A DNA stretch of 62,388 bases, the filler included, from Coriobacteriales bacterium (GTDB lineage Bacteria; Actinomycetota; Coriobacteriia; Coriobacteriales; UBA8131), in assembly GCA_031263105.1 (NCBI GenBank). It is 5 parts of 5 records of this genome, joined end to end, with 100 filler letters (N's around TTAATTAATTAA, not from the genome) between each part and the next. Parts side by side here need not be neighbours in the genome. Positions count along the whole stretch, not along the records: positions 58,866 to 62,388 come from JAISGJ010000098.1; 4 more parts are not named here. The stretch is one strand, 5' to 3'. The position numbers were made by a program, and so were the translations under genes. Within the stretch, counting starts at the first letter, position 1. Every line of letters begins with the position of its first letter. A model generated the notes under the pieces. That model searched no databases and had not been told where the DNA came from. It saw nothing but the letters and a program-made list of their open reading frames with translations. Of this stretch, positions 60,869 through 62,388 are shown in pieces.

Positions 60869-61405
60869 CTAGTCAAACTTGCCTTTAAGAGCGTTGGGGT
60901 CCTTTTTCCTGCCCGACCCAAAACGATGGATGAGCGGAAACACGACAAGGCCAAAGACCGCGTCATAGAGGGTGCCGGGCACCACGCGCATACCGACGGA
61001 ACGGAGGAAATCGGGCTCATCGCCCAAAATGGACAGAAAGCCCGCGTAGAGCAGCTCGCCAAAAAAGGCCGCAACCAGGAGAAACAGCGCTTGGACGCGC
61101 CAGCTTCCCGCAAAGAGCTCCTTGTTGAGAGAACTGACGCTGTAGCCGACGACCGCCAGCACAAGCGACATGACGCCGAGTGGACCCTGCGTCGTGAGGC
61201 CATAGAGCAGGCCGAGGACAAAGCCCGTCAAAGACGCGCGCGTACTGTTGCAGAACATGGCGTTGAGAACGACGAATCCCAGGCAGAGATTGGGCACAAC
61301 ACCGAGGATGGCAATATGCGGCGCCAAGGCGACCTGGAGCAAAAAAGCGATGAGCGAGCCCACCACCGTGAACGAACGTTTCATCTCGCGCGGTTCCATC
61401 GTCAC
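60869..61405 (-). CDS. mreD: Rod shape-determining protein MreD
   Basis: Hydrophobic; GVVPNL, GFVLGLL; lies between mreC and mrdA. Confidence 0.88.
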   Translation of the reverse strand: MTMEPREMKRSFTVVGSLIAFLLQVALAPHIAILGVVPNLCLGFVVLNAMFCNSTRASLTGFVLGLLYGLTTQGPLGVMSLVLAVVGYSVSSLNKELFAGSWRVQALFLLVAAFFGELLYAGFLSILGDEPDFLRSVGMRVVPGTLYDAVFGLVVFPLIHRFGSGRKKDPNALKGKFD

Positions 61406-62343
61406 TCACCTGCCCCGGCGCTACCGTCCCCCTGACCCTGTCCGCCTCCCTGGCCCTGCGCGTCCCCCGCGGAATCTGCGGCCCCCGCAGCCTCCGAAAT
61501 GCTTATCTCCGCCTCCTTGCCGGTGATGACGAGCACTTCTTCATAGGATGTCACGCGCGAGATGGGTCTGACGATGATGGTCTTGTAGACATCTGACGGG
61601 ACGTTTCGCACCGTCACAACCTCTCCGATGGGGATGCCCTTGGGATAGACGCCGCCTGTCCCCGAAGTAATGACCGTGTCGCCCGGCTCGACGGTGGCAC
61701 TCAGCGGGACAAAATCGAGGTAAAGGATGCCGTCGAGCGAGCCCGAGAGCACGCCCTCGACGCGGCTCGTCTGAAGGAAGGCGGCCACCCCGCTTTTCTC
61801 GTCAACGATGAGACGCGCCACCGAGCTGTAGAGACTCACGCTCTCTATCTGCCCTATGAGCCCATTCGCGCTCAGAACCGGCATGCCAATCGAGAGCCCG
61901 GCGACGCTGCCTTTGTTGATGGTGATGACCTTGTTCCAGGAATCGCCGCTCGTACTGATGACGCGGGCGCCCACGGATTCAAGATTGTAGGCCTCCTTGA
62001 GTTCAAGCAGGTCGGAGAGCCGTTCGTTCTCCTGACGGTACTCCTCCATGCGTAAGACAAGGGACTGGAGCTCCTCATTCTGGTTCCGCAACTCCTCCAC
62101 GATGGTGGCCTCGGTCGTAACGTTCTCGAAGAAGTCACCGAGCGCGGTCACAGGCGTCGCGATGAAGGAGCCTGCTATCCGTATCGGCGTGACCACCGTC
62201 TCTACGGCGGACTTCACACGATGGAGCGGCCCCGATGTTCCCTCCCGCGCCCAGACGGTCATCATCGCAATCGAAAGCAGGCAGAGAATCATGAGAAGAA
62301 TCCCCCCTGAGAGCTTTCTGGGCTTGTTGGGAGCGAACGCCAT
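61402..62343 (-). CDS. mreC: Rod shape-determining protein MreC
   Basis: ENERL..LL, ITINKGS and VITSGTGGVYPKGIPIG motifs. Confidence 0.95.
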   Translation of the reverse strand: MAFAPNKPRKLSGGILLMILCLLSIAMMTVWAREGTSGPLHRVKSAVETVVTPIRIAGSFIATPVTALGDFFENVTTEATIVEELRNQNEELQSLVLRMEEYRQENERLSDLLELKEAYNLESVGARVISTSGDSWNKVITINKGSVAGLSIGMPVLSANGLIGQIESVSLYSSVARLIVDEKSGVAAFLQTSRVEGVLSGSLDGILYLDFVPLSATVEPGDTVITSGTGGVYPKGIPIGEVVTVRNVPSDVYKTIIVRPISRVTSYEEVLVITGKEAEISISEAAGAADSAGDAQGQGGGQGQGDGSAGAGE

Positions 62344-62388
62344 GAAAGGGCGACCCCCTATCGTTGCGTGTAGGAGCGTTGCAGGGCG

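Overview
This window is five assembly fragments joined by artificial 100-nt N/TTAATTAATTAA spacers, so gene order across the gaps is not biological. The gene content (Tat/lipoprotein flavin reductases, a membrane-bound LuxR regulator, an InlB-repeat surface protein, high GC) suggests an anaerobic Coriobacteriia/Eggerthellaceae-like actinobacterium; this is inference. Housekeeping genes are tRNA-Phe, rpmB, thiN/thiT, hisS, aspS, metK, a leuCD-like pair with icd, ahcY, mtnA, comF, rho, tal, folC, valS and mreC/mreD/mrdA. Accessory loci include a frameshifted LPXTG surface protein, an HTH-Fic gene with a four-box operator, a divergent NrfA-like pentaheme cytochrome, a triheme sulfite-oxidase-family molybdoenzyme cluster, three flavin reductases with two paralogous helical proteins, and a DUF3990/DUF3791/XRE cluster. 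About 10 copies of a REPIN/MITE-like palindromic repeat are also present. The most striking observations are: a circularly permuted amino-acid-binding lipoprotein; a TPP-like riboswitch with a rewritten pyrophosphate-sensing arm; a poly-G tract inside the promoter spacer of a surface-protein gene; and a raiA-motif RNA carrying an extra hairpin. All calls come from manual motif recognition; no searches were run.
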